Shown one piece after another: positions 17,870-29,075 of a stretch of DNA of 64,000 nucleotides; the first letter of the stretch is position 1; each line of letters starts with the position of its first letter. Origin of the DNA: a virus; IMG/VR virus record IMGVR_UViG_3300034093_001036, positions 24,580-88,579 of that record, one strand, 5' to 3'. The position numbers and the translations under genes are program-made. The notes below the pieces were generated by a model. It worked only from the letters and a program-made list of their open reading frames with translations, made no database searches and had not been told where the DNA came from.

Positions 17870-19012
17870 TTATGAATCTGATGCAGAATCAGCGAATGCA
17901 ATTGCATCCTCTTCTTCCCACTGAATACCAAAGCGGACGAATACTGTGTACTCAATTGTGTCCTTCTTTGCTACGTACTCACGGTTTACAACGATGTCGC
18001 GCTGGAATCCCCATACACGGTTTGCAGGGAATGTCAAGTCGACAAAGCCTGCTGGGTAGTAAGGAACTTCCTGAACTTCAATTCCGAGAACACGTGTTGT
18101 ACGTGCTCCACCGAATGTCTGTCCGAGTCCATCTAGATAGTTCTGACGGTTTGACTGTGTGCTTCCTGGCATACGGCCAGTGAATGCTTCTGCAACTGCA
18201 TCTGCAAGGGTACCGTTATTCTTAACGATTCCTCCGAATACATCTGTACCTGCGTAGAACTTAAGATTGTTCTTAAGTGCACGGTACTTACGTGGCATTG
18301 CATTGATGATTCCCTGCATAACTTCAGGTGTCCAGGCGTTATCTGTTACAGTTACAACTGACTCGTGTGCTTGTCCAGCACCTGTTCCAGTCTTTTCCTT
18401 ATTGATAAATCCGTCCATGATTGACAAGAATGAGCCTGTCGCTCCGTCACCATTGATAGCGAGATCTTCGATATCATTTGCGAATGCGTTGGTCATTAAG
18501 CGTACCAAGTGATCTTCTAGAGCGTCACCTTCTACACCATCTTCCAATGATTCTGCTGTTACTTCCCAATCAAGACGAATCTTCTTGGTAGTAAGTTCGA
18601 CCTTAGAGAATGTTGCACCTGTGTTTGTGTATGTACCAATTGCTTGCGCTGCTGCACGAATTACACGCTCACCGACGTTTACCTTCTCAAGTTCCATAGA
18701 ATTAGCCTTCATTGTTACACGACGGCCATCCTTTGCTAATACTGTTGCGTCCCAAACATAGTCGATAAAACGACGTGCCTGCTCAGGGCGCAAAATTCCA
18801 GAAGCCGCTGAACCACTAGGGTTAACAGCGTTTGCTCCGCTTGTAGATCCAAGGGTTGCTGTTGGAATATTTCCAAGTGTACTTGCACCTGGTGTTGCTA
18901 CTCCACCAATACCACCTGATGCGAAAGCACCTTGACCCTGATACAGACCTGGAGTTTCTCCTCCTAGATTTGCTTCAGCGCCTGGCTGGTTTTTGATTAT
19001 TTCTTCTGACAT
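17870..19012 (-). CDS. Major capsid protein (HK97 fold)
   Basis: Start probably ATG 19012 after GGAGGTGA. Motifs GILRPEQARRFID, VELTTKKIRLDWEVTAESLED and AFANDIEDLAINGD. Confidence 0.9.
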   Translation of the reverse strand: MSEEIIKNQPGAEANLGGETPGLYQGQGAFASGGIGGVATPGASTLGNIPTATLGSTSGANAVNPSGSAASGILRPEQARRFIDYVWDATVLAKDGRRVTMKANSMELEKVNVGERVIRAAAQAIGTYTNTGATFSKVELTTKKIRLDWEVTAESLEDGVEGDALEDHLVRLMTNAFANDIEDLAINGDGATGSFLSIMDGFINKEKTGTGAGQAHESVVTVTDNAWTPEVMQGIINAMPRKYRALKNNLKFYAGTDVFGGIVKNNGTLADAVAEAFTGRMPGSTQSNRQNYLDGLGQTFGGARTTRVLGIEVQEVPYYPAGFVDLTFPANRVWGFQRDIVVNREYVAKKDTIEYTVFVRFGIQWEEEDAIAFADSASDS

Positions 19013-19035
19013 ATTGTCACCTCCTAGTGATTTTT

Positions 19036-20376
19036 TCATTTGAATAGATCGGCTGTTTTGAGGAAACTACCGCCCCATAGGGATTTTTCAACCATTTCAG
19101 GTTGAGACTGAAAGATATCGCCGATATCTCCAGACTTTCGGAATGCGGTGTCTGCTTCCACAGCGTCTACTCGTTTTCCAAATTCATTAAATTCACTTGA
19201 AACTGTTGCAATATCTTTTGCAACTGCTGTAAATGAATCCTTTACTGTATCAACGTCTACCTTTGAAGACTTAAGAAGTTCTACTTCTGCTTGCAAAGAT
19301 TTTACTGTTGACACTAGATCGCTAAAGGCTGATTCTAGAGTATTTTTCATTTCAGTAACTGCATCTGCAATTACCTCTTCTGACTTAGATACTTCTACAA
19401 CTGCTTCTGTTACTGTTTCGACTGCTTCAGCATCTTCTGCTTTAGCAATCTCTTCTGCTACAACTTCGTCTGCCTTGACAACATCTGTTGTCTCAACCTC
19501 TTCTGCCTTAGCAACTTCTTCAATAACTTCTGCAATTGATGCATCTGCCTCTGGAGCGACCATAACATCTTCAAGCACATCTGTTTTTTCAACTTGTGTT
19601 TTTGATTTTGTCATAGGTTGTACCTCCTTGTTAATCTTAGAAGTATTAATGCCTTTAGCACTATCAACTAAGAATTTTATCATTGTTGTTTTTTCATTAT
19701 CCGTTTTTTCAACGAAACCTATATTTTCCATAGCATTGCCTGTTGTAGGACTTACTTCTGACTCATTCTCTGAAATCTGTACTATACCAGACTCTCTATC
19801 ATAAAAAACATTTTCAAGTACGGTGGCATCTGCTTTAAACACATCGACTCCATCAACCTTTTCAACTGATACAATATTTGCAAACTGATTTGCTGGTGAA
19901 TCTACAAGACTCAACTCTATCAAATCATATTGCTTAATAATTCTAATTGCCTTGTCTGATTTTTCATCAAACCCGTCATCCCATTTATTCATTCTTCCAC
20001 CAATTGAAAAACCAGAAAGAGTTCCATCAAGGACCTTTTCCCAAGTATCTTGTGCACCCTTTGAAACATAAGCAGATACAAAAACACCGCTATAAAACTT
20101 TTTTGATTCTGGATCAAAATATTTTTCTGCTTTAAAGTCAACCATTTTACCAACTGCTAATGGCTGGTGCATCTCACGAATATTTCCTCGGAATTTTGCA
20201 AAGGCATCCATTGACGCTTCTGCTGTAACAATGTCATCTTGCTTGTCAATGTTGTCTAGAGATGCAAATCCAGATACGGTTCTTCGCTCTTTGTCTACCT
20301 TTGAAAAAGGCATTGAAAGACGCAAATTTTCCCCATTAGAGTTCCAATGGGCTTTGGATATATTACTCACTATCAT
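19036..20376 (-). CDS. HK97-family prohead protease fused to an acidic scaffold domain
   Basis: Protease motifs REMH, LSGFSIGG and ELSLVDSPAN, then an E/V/A-rich coiled tail. The start may be GTG at 20370. Confidence 0.88.
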   Translation of the reverse strand: MIVSNISKAHWNSNGENLRLSMPFSKVDKERRTVSGFASLDNIDKQDDIVTAEASMDAFAKFRGNIREMHQPLAVGKMVDFKAEKYFDPESKKFYSGVFVSAYVSKGAQDTWEKVLDGTLSGFSIGGRMNKWDDGFDEKSDKAIRIIKQYDLIELSLVDSPANQFANIVSVEKVDGVDVFKADATVLENVFYDRESGIVQISENESEVSPTTGNAMENIGFVEKTDNEKTTMIKFLVDSAKGINTSKINKEVQPMTKSKTQVEKTDVLEDVMVAPEADASIAEVIEEVAKAEEVETTDVVKADEVVAEEIAKAEDAEAVETVTEAVVEVSKSEEVIADAVTEMKNTLESAFSDLVSTVKSLQAEVELLKSSKVDVDTVKDSFTAVAKDIATVSSEFNEFGKRVDAVEADTAFRKSGDIGDIFQSQPEMVEKSLWGGSFLKTADLFK

Positions 20377-20425
20377 ATTATAAGCCCCCTTTTACACATA
20401 TATCACAATATGGACATATAGGACA

Positions 20426-22018
20426 TTAAGGAGTTTTTCTTCCCTCTCCCTTTGGTGCTCTTCCAGCAACTGTTGAAGTGCTGTCTGAATTATTATTTGT
20501 TCTTGCAGAGTCTCTGGCTCTTGTAGTTGTTGCTTCTGCTGCTGCGGTTGCTTTAAGATCTAAGACCTCGTCGCCACCTTCTCTTTGTGGCATATCCAAA
20601 AGAACTCTTGCCTCGTTTGGAGTCATAATTTGATTCTTAACATATCTTTCAAGAATTTGAGACTGTGCAATTTCATCTGTTAAGGTTAATTCATTAAAAA
20701 CAAACTCAAGAATATCGGTTTTTTCACGGACAATCTTGTTGATCATTTTTTCAATTTGTCTTTGTGCTGGTCTTGCAACCTGCTCCTTAAATGTGCGATC
20801 CTGTGCAAGTGCTGCTGCGATTGATGCAGAATCTCCGCCTCCAAGTTTAGACAATGGAACTTGATGTGCTACCAGAATGTCATCACGGTTTTGTTTACGA
20901 TACTCTTTAAAGGAGCCATCTTGTATCCCGTCTTCAATGGGATCCATTTTAAACTCTACCTTATTGTTTTCGCTATCTCCTGGTAATGGAATATATAGGG
21001 TTCTATGTGACTGCCCTCTGAGATTTGTCTGTAAGAATCGGAACATCTTATCTTCTGCGTCTCCAGAGAGTTTTGCACCCTTTAATGTTACAACATATCT
21101 TGGAACTGCTTTGTTTGCAAAGTAGTCAATATTGTATTGTGAAGCAAGTGAGTCTCCATGCAATGAGTTAATTGCCGACATAATGTCTGGCACTCCGTAA
21201 AATGTGTTTAATGGTGAGTATTGTTTAAAGTGAATAATTTCGTTTGGTCTAGCATCTGTAGTTAATGGGTTCTGATTCTTTGCTCCAAAGTTGCGGAAGT
21301 AAACAATCTTGTTTCCAATGATCTGAACATAGCCATCTTTAATTCTTCGAACACGCATTGTTGTTGCTGGTATATGTCCGACATACCCAATCTCTCCACG
21401 AGTAGTTCTTCCAATTTCTAGATAACCGTTACCAGTAGACTGAAGGTCTGTATAAACCTTTTCCATTGTTGCTGTAAATGAGTCGTCGTCATTAAGAGAT
21501 TCTAGCCAATCACGCATCTCAATCTTTGCTCGTTCAATTCTTTTTCTTGCCTTCTGTGTTGCACTATTATCTTCAGATGCTTCAAGTCTCATCATTGTTC
21601 TTTGAGAAACCTTAAACTCATAACCTAAGCCAACAATGTTTTCTACCTTAGCATCAATGGCTGCGTGGTTTGCAAAAGATGTGTCGTAATAGTTTGCTAA
21701 TTCATAAAGGTTCCAAGGTGGTGTGATAACGTCGAACATTCCATAGCCGTTTACATATACTAGGCCTGGGTTTATTTCTTTTGATTGTGCTCCATCAATA
21801 CCGCTTTTTCCAGCAAGTGCTGCAGTTGTGTATTGAGTTGTTGGTTCAACCATCTTTGTTGAAGATCTGCTTATGCGTCTTTTAAAGTTTGCTTCTAGTC
21901 CGTCAAGAGATTTTAATGAATCCCAATTTCCGTTAAATGGATCTGACTTTGAAAAAGTATCATCTTTCTTTATTGATTCATCAATCCTTGCACTAATCTC
22001 ATAATCGTTGTCTTCCAT
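20426..22018 (-). CDS. Portal protein
   Basis: 530 aa with STGNGYLEI, EIIHFK...FYGVPD, YFANKAVP, ILVAHQVP and MTPNEAR portal motifs. Confidence 0.92.
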   Translation of the reverse strand: MEDNDYEISARIDESIKKDDTFSKSDPFNGNWDSLKSLDGLEANFKRRISRSSTKMVEPTTQYTTAALAGKSGIDGAQSKEINPGLVYVNGYGMFDVITPPWNLYELANYYDTSFANHAAIDAKVENIVGLGYEFKVSQRTMMRLEASEDNSATQKARKRIERAKIEMRDWLESLNDDDSFTATMEKVYTDLQSTGNGYLEIGRTTRGEIGYVGHIPATTMRVRRIKDGYVQIIGNKIVYFRNFGAKNQNPLTTDARPNEIIHFKQYSPLNTFYGVPDIMSAINSLHGDSLASQYNIDYFANKAVPRYVVTLKGAKLSGDAEDKMFRFLQTNLRGQSHRTLYIPLPGDSENNKVEFKMDPIEDGIQDGSFKEYRKQNRDDILVAHQVPLSKLGGGDSASIAAALAQDRTFKEQVARPAQRQIEKMINKIVREKTDILEFVFNELTLTDEIAQSQILERYVKNQIMTPNEARVLLDMPQREGGDEVLDLKATAAAEATTTRARDSARTNNNSDSTSTVAGRAPKGEGRKTP

Positions 22019-22020
22019 GA

Positions 22021-22407
22021 TTATTCCTCATCCCCATACTTAGCAATTGTATCTTTTGCTGCTTGTACTGCTCCAAGGTCGTTTAGGTTTGGTATAAGTC
22101 CAGACTTCATGCGATCAACTTGCTCAGAATATTCTTCTTCTGAAACTCTTGTTAGCCCTGGAACAAATACGCATGTACCATCTCCTGGATCTCCGTAATG
22201 CATTGCAGTCTTTTTTAGTTCTGCCATTCTAGTAAAGTCGTTTTTATCTGAAGGTATATTGAGTACAGAACCGTTTCCATCTGTAAACCATTTACCATTT
22301 GCTTTCTTATACACATAAAGGCCCCAGTCATAGTTCTTTTCAATGACCTGACGTCTAACGTTTTTTACAATTGGTTGACCAGTTTTTGGGTCTATAAGGG
22401 AATCCAT
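22021..22407 (-). CDS. Hypothetical protein upstream of portal
   Basis: 128 aa, leaderless (TGGTATACT-7 nt-ATG). Confidence 0.75.
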   Translation of the reverse strand: MDSLIDPKTGQPIVKNVRRQVIEKNYDWGLYVYKKANGKWFTDGNGSVLNIPSDKNDFTRMAELKKTAMHYGDPGDGTCVFVPGLTRVSEEEYSEQVDRMKSGLIPNLNDLGAVQAAKDTIAKYGDEE

Positions 22408-22425
22408 AACTACAAGTATACCATA

Positions 22426-25400
22426 TTAGGCTGGGGTCTCTACGAACTGACTCCATTTTACGTCAGTAAATATAGTGTATGTATACTCTTCAAAACGAAC
22501 TGGTCTATCATCATCTACAATAATTTTGTTTGTGCCCGTATAACTCTTATAAACATCTGAAGGGTTTACACCATAATAACTTGTTTCTGATAAGACAAGA
22601 ACCTTATTCCAGTTAAAAGATGGACTATCCCAGAACTCCCAGTCAAGGGGCGAAGACCCCAAAACCTTAACTCTAAACCAAGGTCTTTCTGCTATGTTCT
22701 GAACTTCTTGTAGATTAGTAGACTGATAGTATGAAAGGCTGTTAAATAGTAGTGGTCCAGTTAATCTTACTGCCCCTTCAAAAAATGAAAAATTAAGACT
22801 GTTTGCAAAATTAATCCCAAGGAATCCCCACTCTTGAAGAGTTATTACTGGCTCTTTTACTATTTTTCCATTCCAATAAAATCCAATACCGTTTTGGACT
22901 AGGCCAGTATTTGCATCTATTGCGTAAATTTTTGCTCTGCGTCCAGAAGGATCATTAGCAACCATGTAAAATTTTATGTAAGAATCTTTGCTTTGGATTT
23001 CAAATATCTGTGTTGGTGCATATGGGAAATAGTCTCCGTCAAACCTTACGGCCATTTGCATTGCTATAGCCTTAAATCCTTCGGCTCTGCTTTCATTTAC
23101 AGGAATCATAAGACCTCTATTAACTAATGGATCATACCTTCCTTTTAATTGAATTCCGCTTGTTTTGGTTAAATAAAGATACGGAGATGATCCTGTATAG
23201 ATTGCAAAAGGATTATTCTTTTTAAAGTTATAATAAATTCCAGTCTTTGTATATGGATAAACAGATGTTCCAAACCTTGTTCCAATTGGACTAGCATCAG
23301 ATTCATTAAATGCTTGTGATGCATAAGAAAGTTTTTTAATTAATACATTGTTTGTTTCTGAATTTTTTACATTCATTTCTATGTGTGTAACAATAGACAA
23401 GTCATTGAAGTCTACTCCAGTTGGTGGGTATATAATCATATTATCTACAACTTCATATTTTGTTGTCATCCAGTCTGAACCAGGAACTAATACTCCATCT
23501 CTTGAAGGTCTTTCTGTTTTTGTAAAATAATAGTATGTTTGGTTTGCACCCAATTCTGTATATTGAAAAGTTACATAACTTTTTACAATTGATCCATCTG
23601 TGTCATATTTATATTCTTTTGCTATTTTATTTTTTAAATCATCGTAATCATTGTATCCAGTAAAAAGGTAATTGTCTAGTGATGTGTATGTTCTTTGAAC
23701 TGGGGTTCCGTATTCATCTGATAACTCTGCATATGTCCAAGCCTCTGGATCTGTTTCTATTGCTACAGTCTTTGATGGTATTGGGTAATCAATATTAAAC
23801 TGAATAAAGTCAAGATCAAAATATTGGTCCCCTCGTTTATCAAGAACGGATTCAGCAAAATATGTTAGTGGAAGTTGATCTTCCCAATATGCGCTTGCAG
23901 ATACAGCAAGTTTGTATGTATCAAAAACTATCTCTGGTAAAAGAGTATAACTTGCAACATGGTCTAAAAGGGAATCCTCTTCAGCAACAACCACACTACC
24001 GCCAGTAAGTGCTCCATTTGCTGTGTCTGTTGTACCTCCATAAGGTGGCATAGAAGTTGTATCTATTCCTCCGTCTATGTTGATTAACTGGTTATTTTGG
24101 TAAATAGCAAACAAGTCTTCATTCCATACTGGAACACCTATCTCATTAAACAAAGATCTAATTTTTTGAAAGTTATATGCTGTACATAGTCCTACATTGT
24201 ATATTTTTCCAGTAAAAGTTGATAGACCGTTCTTGTCTCCACCAACATACATTCTTAGGTCTGATAAAGATCCAAAAAAGTCTGATGCTGGGTTTCCAAA
24301 TCTTGATACAAATGCTGGAATGTTTAAACCTATGTCTACTAGTTCTCCTGGCTCCGCAACTAAAGGAGAATAGATGGTTTCTGATATTCCGTTATAATTA
24401 ATAATATAAGATATTTGATTATTTAAAAGTTGTATCTTGAAATAACTATTTGTATTTTCTTTTTCTATTTTAAAAAGTGTTTGGGCTGAACTTGAGGTTT
24501 GTGGTAATCTAAAACAACCGTAGAAAGCAGATACTGGGGTTTTTATAAAATCAAAATTTTTAAAGAAAAGATGACCAGAAACATTATTCCAAGAAGTGTT
24601 TGGTCTAAAGGAAAAAAAGTTTCTTGTATCTGATGATTGAACTAGACCACAATCTGACAAAAGTTCTTTTTCTGTTTTTGATGACAAGACTGTTTCTGGA
24701 AGTGGGTGAGATAAAACAGAAAGAGACTTATTTACAATTGATGTATTATCATTAAAGGCTTGACTCCACGAACCTACCTTTGGATATGAGTAGTTTGAGG
24801 TGTAGTCTGCAAATGAATAATCAATAAAAACAGATGTTCCACTATAAGATGTATTAATGTTTTCTGGAATATCAACGCCTTGCCCAAACACAAACCTTCT
24901 TTTTGCAACAGCAGTTGCAACAATGTATGGATAAATTCCAACGCAGTCAACCTCTATTGGATATATATCATTATATGCGTAAAAGCCTATCCAGTCTTGA
25001 TCTTTAAGACTTTCATTTAACATAGAAGGTAAAGAAAGTGACTCAGTTAAATAGTTTAAAGAAACAACTTCTTGGCCATTTATTACAAGAGATGCAGTGT
25101 CTTTGCCAACACGCATGTGAACCAGCATTGGCCTTGTCCACTCACCAACATAATATGCACCATAGTTATCTCCTATCTTTAATCCTATTGATGGTCCATC
25201 AACATATATTCCATCTTCTGATGCAATTGGACCAATAATTCTTTTCCTGTCATTACTATATGAATTTATTCTAAGCCAGGTTTCAAAAGTATACTGCTTA
25301 AATTTTCCAGACTCATTTAAAAATCCAGAACCAGGAACTATAAGGGAGGGCAAATCTGTATTTGGATATATAGTTGTAAGACCAGATGTTCCATAGACAA

Positions 25401-26142
25401 TTGGAATACCTGAATTTTTTGCCTTAAGCATATTATCGGAAACTAAATAATATGCGTCTAACTCTTGCAGTCCGTAACATTTTGACACAACGCCCTTTTG
25501 TGGTGCAATAGATATAGTGGATGGTATATCAATTGACTCAACTCCAAGGGATGTAGATGCAAACTCTTCTGACCATTGACCAAGACTTATTCCGTTTACT
25601 AAAAACACATCATCTGTTTCTGATCCACCAATAAAGTTAATCTTAAAAACTAGTCTTATATCTGTATCATCTGGTGGCGTATCAAAAGTTTCTGATATAA
25701 AAATCCAGTTGCTATTTATTACTGTGTCATAGTTTTTTAAATGAACTATGTCATCTCCACTTGTTGTGTCTGTGTATTGATAACCAATTTCAAGACCAGC
25801 AATATATGCGCTTTCAGAATAAAAATATCCACCTACAGAAAATGTTCTTAAATAAGTATTAAAGTCTCTTAGGCTCATTATTTCATTACTTGTTGCAATT
25901 ATAGAAGCCAACTCGTTGTCTGTTGGTGTAGCGGTAATTTTACCCACATAACTATTTATAAATGGTTCGTCTATTGATTGAGAATAGTCTTGATATGTAC
26001 CGCCAACAATTGTCCAATTTGACAAATTTCTTTGCGACTCTGAAAGTAAAGAAATGTAATCTGCTGTATCATCTAAAGCCCATAGACCAGTCGGATGCTC
26101 AGCAAAGACTTTTTCGGCATATAGGTTTGATGGATTAGACAT
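22426..26142 (-). CDS. Large virion protein with LamG/concanavalin A-like domain(s)
   Basis: 1238 aa; N-terminal VFAEHPTGLWALDD and internal YTFETWLRIN...LVINGQEV are LamG-like; beta-rich throughout. Confidence 0.6.
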   Translation of the reverse strand: MSNPSNLYAEKVFAEHPTGLWALDDTADYISLLSESQRNLSNWTIVGGTYQDYSQSIDEPFINSYVGKITATPTDNELASIIATSNEIMSLRDFNTYLRTFSVGGYFYSESAYIAGLEIGYQYTDTTSGDDIVHLKNYDTVINSNWIFISETFDTPPDDTDIRLVFKINFIGGSETDDVFLVNGISLGQWSEEFASTSLGVESIDIPSTISIAPQKGVVSKCYGLQELDAYYLVSDNMLKAKNSGIPIVYGTSGLTTIYPNTDLPSLIVPGSGFLNESGKFKQYTFETWLRINSYSNDRKRIIGPIASEDGIYVDGPSIGLKIGDNYGAYYVGEWTRPMLVHMRVGKDTASLVINGQEVVSLNYLTESLSLPSMLNESLKDQDWIGFYAYNDIYPIEVDCVGIYPYIVATAVAKRRFVFGQGVDIPENINTSYSGTSVFIDYSFADYTSNYSYPKVGSWSQAFNDNTSIVNKSLSVLSHPLPETVLSSKTEKELLSDCGLVQSSDTRNFFSFRPNTSWNNVSGHLFFKNFDFIKTPVSAFYGCFRLPQTSSSAQTLFKIEKENTNSYFKIQLLNNQISYIINYNGISETIYSPLVAEPGELVDIGLNIPAFVSRFGNPASDFFGSLSDLRMYVGGDKNGLSTFTGKIYNVGLCTAYNFQKIRSLFNEIGVPVWNEDLFAIYQNNQLINIDGGIDTTSMPPYGGTTDTANGALTGGSVVVAEEDSLLDHVASYTLLPEIVFDTYKLAVSASAYWEDQLPLTYFAESVLDKRGDQYFDLDFIQFNIDYPIPSKTVAIETDPEAWTYAELSDEYGTPVQRTYTSLDNYLFTGYNDYDDLKNKIAKEYKYDTDGSIVKSYVTFQYTELGANQTYYYFTKTERPSRDGVLVPGSDWMTTKYEVVDNMIIYPPTGVDFNDLSIVTHIEMNVKNSETNNVLIKKLSYASQAFNESDASPIGTRFGTSVYPYTKTGIYYNFKKNNPFAIYTGSSPYLYLTKTSGIQLKGRYDPLVNRGLMIPVNESRAEGFKAIAMQMAVRFDGDYFPYAPTQIFEIQSKDSYIKFYMVANDPSGRRAKIYAIDANTGLVQNGIGFYWNGKIVKEPVITLQEWGFLGINFANSLNFSFFEGAVRLTGPLLFNSLSYYQSTNLQEVQNIAERPWFRVKVLGSSPLDWEFWDSPSFNWNKVLVLSETSYYGVNPSDVYKSYTGTNKIIVDDDRPVRFEEYTYTIFTDVKWSQFVETPA

Positions 26143-26167
26143 TATAGGTCTATTTTACCACAGAAGA

Positions 26168-28201
26168 CTACTTGTTTATTTTAATTTCGCAATAATCTGT
26201 TGTGCAATACATCTCTCCCTGAGCCTCAAGATTTTCTGCTCCATCATAAATTGCAGCAAAATCAATGTGCTTTAACTTGCCAATATATGACTCGTATTGC
26301 TCTTCAGTAATACCTGTGTAGGGTTGCTGTGGATAAACTGTATTTCCCATTGGAAGGAATGAGACAGCCTTTAATTGTCCTTCGTACATATTGAGTGCTG
26401 GAACAATATGCTTTGACTCTGTTTCCTTGTCAAATGAAAGTGTTACAGAAACGCCATTGTCAGACCAATACTTTTGAGCAGTTGCAGCAAGTGCAATCTT
26501 TTCAAATAGTGTTACATCTTTTTCAGATCTTGGATGACCTGATTTAATTGGGAAGTAAACTACTGATGTGTTTGCTGATACAACATCGTCTTCAACTGTA
26601 TACCCTGCTGCTTTAAACAAATGCATCATTGGATCTGTGTTTCCAAAACGAACGGCACGAAGGAAGAACTCTCCTCCAGGACCCCAGTGAACTCCAGGAG
26701 TTGCACCAGAAAGAATTGAAACTGATCCTGATGGCTTAACTGTTGTTACACGAATTGATTCACGAACACATAACCATTCAGAGTACTGATGATCATAATG
26801 ACGAATCTTGTTGTATCCTTCATCCATCCACTCACGAACCGTTGGCAAACCCTTTTGATCTGCAAATGATGCAATACCAGTAAGTGATGTGCCAATACGA
26901 CGGTTGCGTTGCATGATACCGTTTGTTTGTGGCCAATGTGTTGGAACAAGTGTTACAGTCTTTCCATAAAGGTATGCAAACTTCAGGGTACGCAGGAAGT
27001 CTTCCTTAGATTCATGACGATTCAAGTGCACTTCTACAAGTGTACATAATTCGTATGACTCTAATGGCTGCTCCGCACAGGGATTAAAGCCCATCACACG
27101 ATAGTCTTTTCCATCTGGCGCATCCTTTAGTCTGCCATAGTTACGAGCAACATCAAGCCAGATAAAACCTGGCTCTCCATTTTCTGTAACTAAATCTACA
27201 TAGTCTTCGTACTTTGTTCCTACTTCTGCTGAAATAGAATTATTAGACATCCAAGCCCAACCTGGATTCTCTGGATCAAATGAGTTACGCTCTGGGAATA
27301 ACTCTGAGTTCTTTAGATTCATAAATGTTTCATCCCCTGCATTACCCAAAGCAAGGGTTGCTGATCTACGAACATTGCCTGATACCACACAGGTACCAAT
27401 AAGATTTACAAGGTCTACGATAGCACGAGAGTCTAGTGTTTCACCTGCTCTGGAGCCTATTACACGGTCTATATGGTCATGCAACTTGATAAGGGGTGCA
27501 GGACCTGATGCAACGCCTCCAAAGCCCTTAATAGGGGCTCCAAGAGGTCTTATCAAATCATAGTTAAATTTTTGAATGCTTTGGTTTGCTCTTAGATATG
27601 AGTTGATAAGAAGTCTAACTGACTCTACCCATCCCTCACGAGTGTCTGGGATTTCGAACACCTGTTCTGGTTCTGTTGGGGCATAGATTGCAAAATGCTT
27701 ATCCTGTCCCACTGTATCAAACCCTACACCAATACCAAGCATAAGGGCATCCATAACCCAAGCAAACAGGGCTCCTGGATCATTCTTGTCAAGGTCCTTT
27801 GTAGAAACCATTGCACAATTCTGTAGTGCTGCCGAGTTCTTTTTTTCCATTACCATTGGAGTTCCAAAAGCCCACATACCTCGTCCTGGTGGTGTCCACT
27901 TTAATTCAAACATTCTTTGGAATGCTTCTTGTGCAGACTTCTGAGCCTTATAATCATTCCATGGTAGACGGTTTTCTTTAGCATGATTCTTTTGAACTGA
28001 ATACATACCCTCGATTACTCGACGACAAACTTCGTGCCAACGCTCTTTAGTTCCATCCTCCTTCATACGAGAATAAGTACGGATAAATGTAATCTCTCCT
28101 AAAGAGTTTTCTGCTGCATCCTTAAAACCAAAAGGGCTTGGAGCAGAAACATATTTACCTATAAAATCTTCTGGAAGTCTAAAACTAAAAAAATCTGACA
28201 T
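26168..28201 (-). CDS. nrdJ: Class II (adenosylcobalamin-dependent) ribonucleoside-triphosphate reductase
   Basis: 677 aa with WTPPGRG, ALQNC, NVRRSA, GFNPCAEQ..ELCTLVE, TTVKPSGS and the C-terminal Cys pair CTTDYC. Confidence 0.93.
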   Translation of the reverse strand: MSDFFSFRLPEDFIGKYVSAPSPFGFKDAAENSLGEITFIRTYSRMKEDGTKERWHEVCRRVIEGMYSVQKNHAKENRLPWNDYKAQKSAQEAFQRMFELKWTPPGRGMWAFGTPMVMEKKNSAALQNCAMVSTKDLDKNDPGALFAWVMDALMLGIGVGFDTVGQDKHFAIYAPTEPEQVFEIPDTREGWVESVRLLINSYLRANQSIQKFNYDLIRPLGAPIKGFGGVASGPAPLIKLHDHIDRVIGSRAGETLDSRAIVDLVNLIGTCVVSGNVRRSATLALGNAGDETFMNLKNSELFPERNSFDPENPGWAWMSNNSISAEVGTKYEDYVDLVTENGEPGFIWLDVARNYGRLKDAPDGKDYRVMGFNPCAEQPLESYELCTLVEVHLNRHESKEDFLRTLKFAYLYGKTVTLVPTHWPQTNGIMQRNRRIGTSLTGIASFADQKGLPTVREWMDEGYNKIRHYDHQYSEWLCVRESIRVTTVKPSGSVSILSGATPGVHWGPGGEFFLRAVRFGNTDPMMHLFKAAGYTVEDDVVSANTSVVYFPIKSGHPRSEKDVTLFEKIALAATAQKYWSDNGVSVTLSFDKETESKHIVPALNMYEGQLKAVSFLPMGNTVYPQQPYTGITEEQYESYIGKLKHIDFAAIYDGAENLEAQGEMYCTTDYCEIKINK

Positions 28202-28304
28202 GTGTATCGTCCTTTCAAAAACGGAATAGTCCTAAGTATAGCAGAGTTTTATGAAAAGCAAAACTCTCTATCTTATGTATAAGTTGATATTTAAAAATCT
28301 ATGG

Positions 28305-29075
28305 TTAAGACGTTAACTTTTTCCACTCTTCTTTTTGAATGGCTTGCTCAATTCTTACTTGTTTTTCTTCTTCTTTCCACTTATCAATAGTTTCTTGACT
28401 ATATTCAATTTCAAAATAATCCCAAAAAGAAACCATAGTATATCTTGTGCCTTCTAATATTTTACTAACACCATGCACATTTTCTATTCCTCCAGGAAAT
28501 ACATAGTAAGAGTATGCATTTGGTTTAAAGGATAAATAGATGTCCCACTTTTCTCCTTCTGAATTTATTTCAAAGTCTTCTTTTTCTTTACAAAAGAAAA
28601 GATCTCCACCTTCATAGTCGTTATTAAGATATAGAATACCCACATACTTATTTATTTCAAAAGCGTTTGGGACCCCGTCATTATCTGAGTTGTCAGAATG
28701 AGGAGAAGCAAAACCGCCAACATCCCACTTCTGTGCATGAGATGTATTGGCTCTAACTTTTCTTTCAAAAACCAGTTCAACTGCTTCTTTAAACTTTTCT
28801 CTAAGGTCATCAAAAAATGTTAGCGTTAGACCATGTTCTTCAAGTCCTGGATCGTTTGCCATTAATCCCATACCTAGAGATCCATAAAACGCTATGTCTC
28901 CCCAGTTTTCTCCTTTTGACTCTACATAATTAATTAGACATTGGCTTGTTTTTTCATCTATAAAATTAGGAATTTCAACAATTCTGTTGTGAGTTATACC
29001 TAAAACACCCTTATTATTTAATTCATCTTTTAAATATTTAAAGTTATCTTTATTAAGTTGATTAATGATAGTCAT
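28305..29075 (-). CDS. 2OG-Fe(II) oxygenase, prolyl 4-hydroxylase-like
   Basis: PHSD...LYLNNDYEGG...HGV.....GTRY. Confidence 0.88.
   Translation of the reverse strand: MTIINQLNKDNFKYLKDELNNKGVLGITHNRIVEIPNFIDEKTSQCLINYVESKGENWGDIAFYGSLGMGLMANDPGLEEHGLTLTFFDDLREKFKEAVELVFERKVRANTSHAQKWDVGGFASPHSDNSDNDGVPNAFEINKYVGILYLNNDYEGGDLFFCKEKEDFEINSEGEKWDIYLSFKPNAYSYYVFPGGIENVHGVSKILEGTRYTMVSFWDYFEIEYSQETIDKWKEEEKQVRIEQAIQKEEWKKLTS

Noticed and set aside
1483-27563. Many plus-strand ORFs of 60-220 aa (for example 11600-12226 and 19148-19804)
   Set aside because: They are antisense shadows of well-supported minus-strand genes and lack RBS or recognisable motifs.
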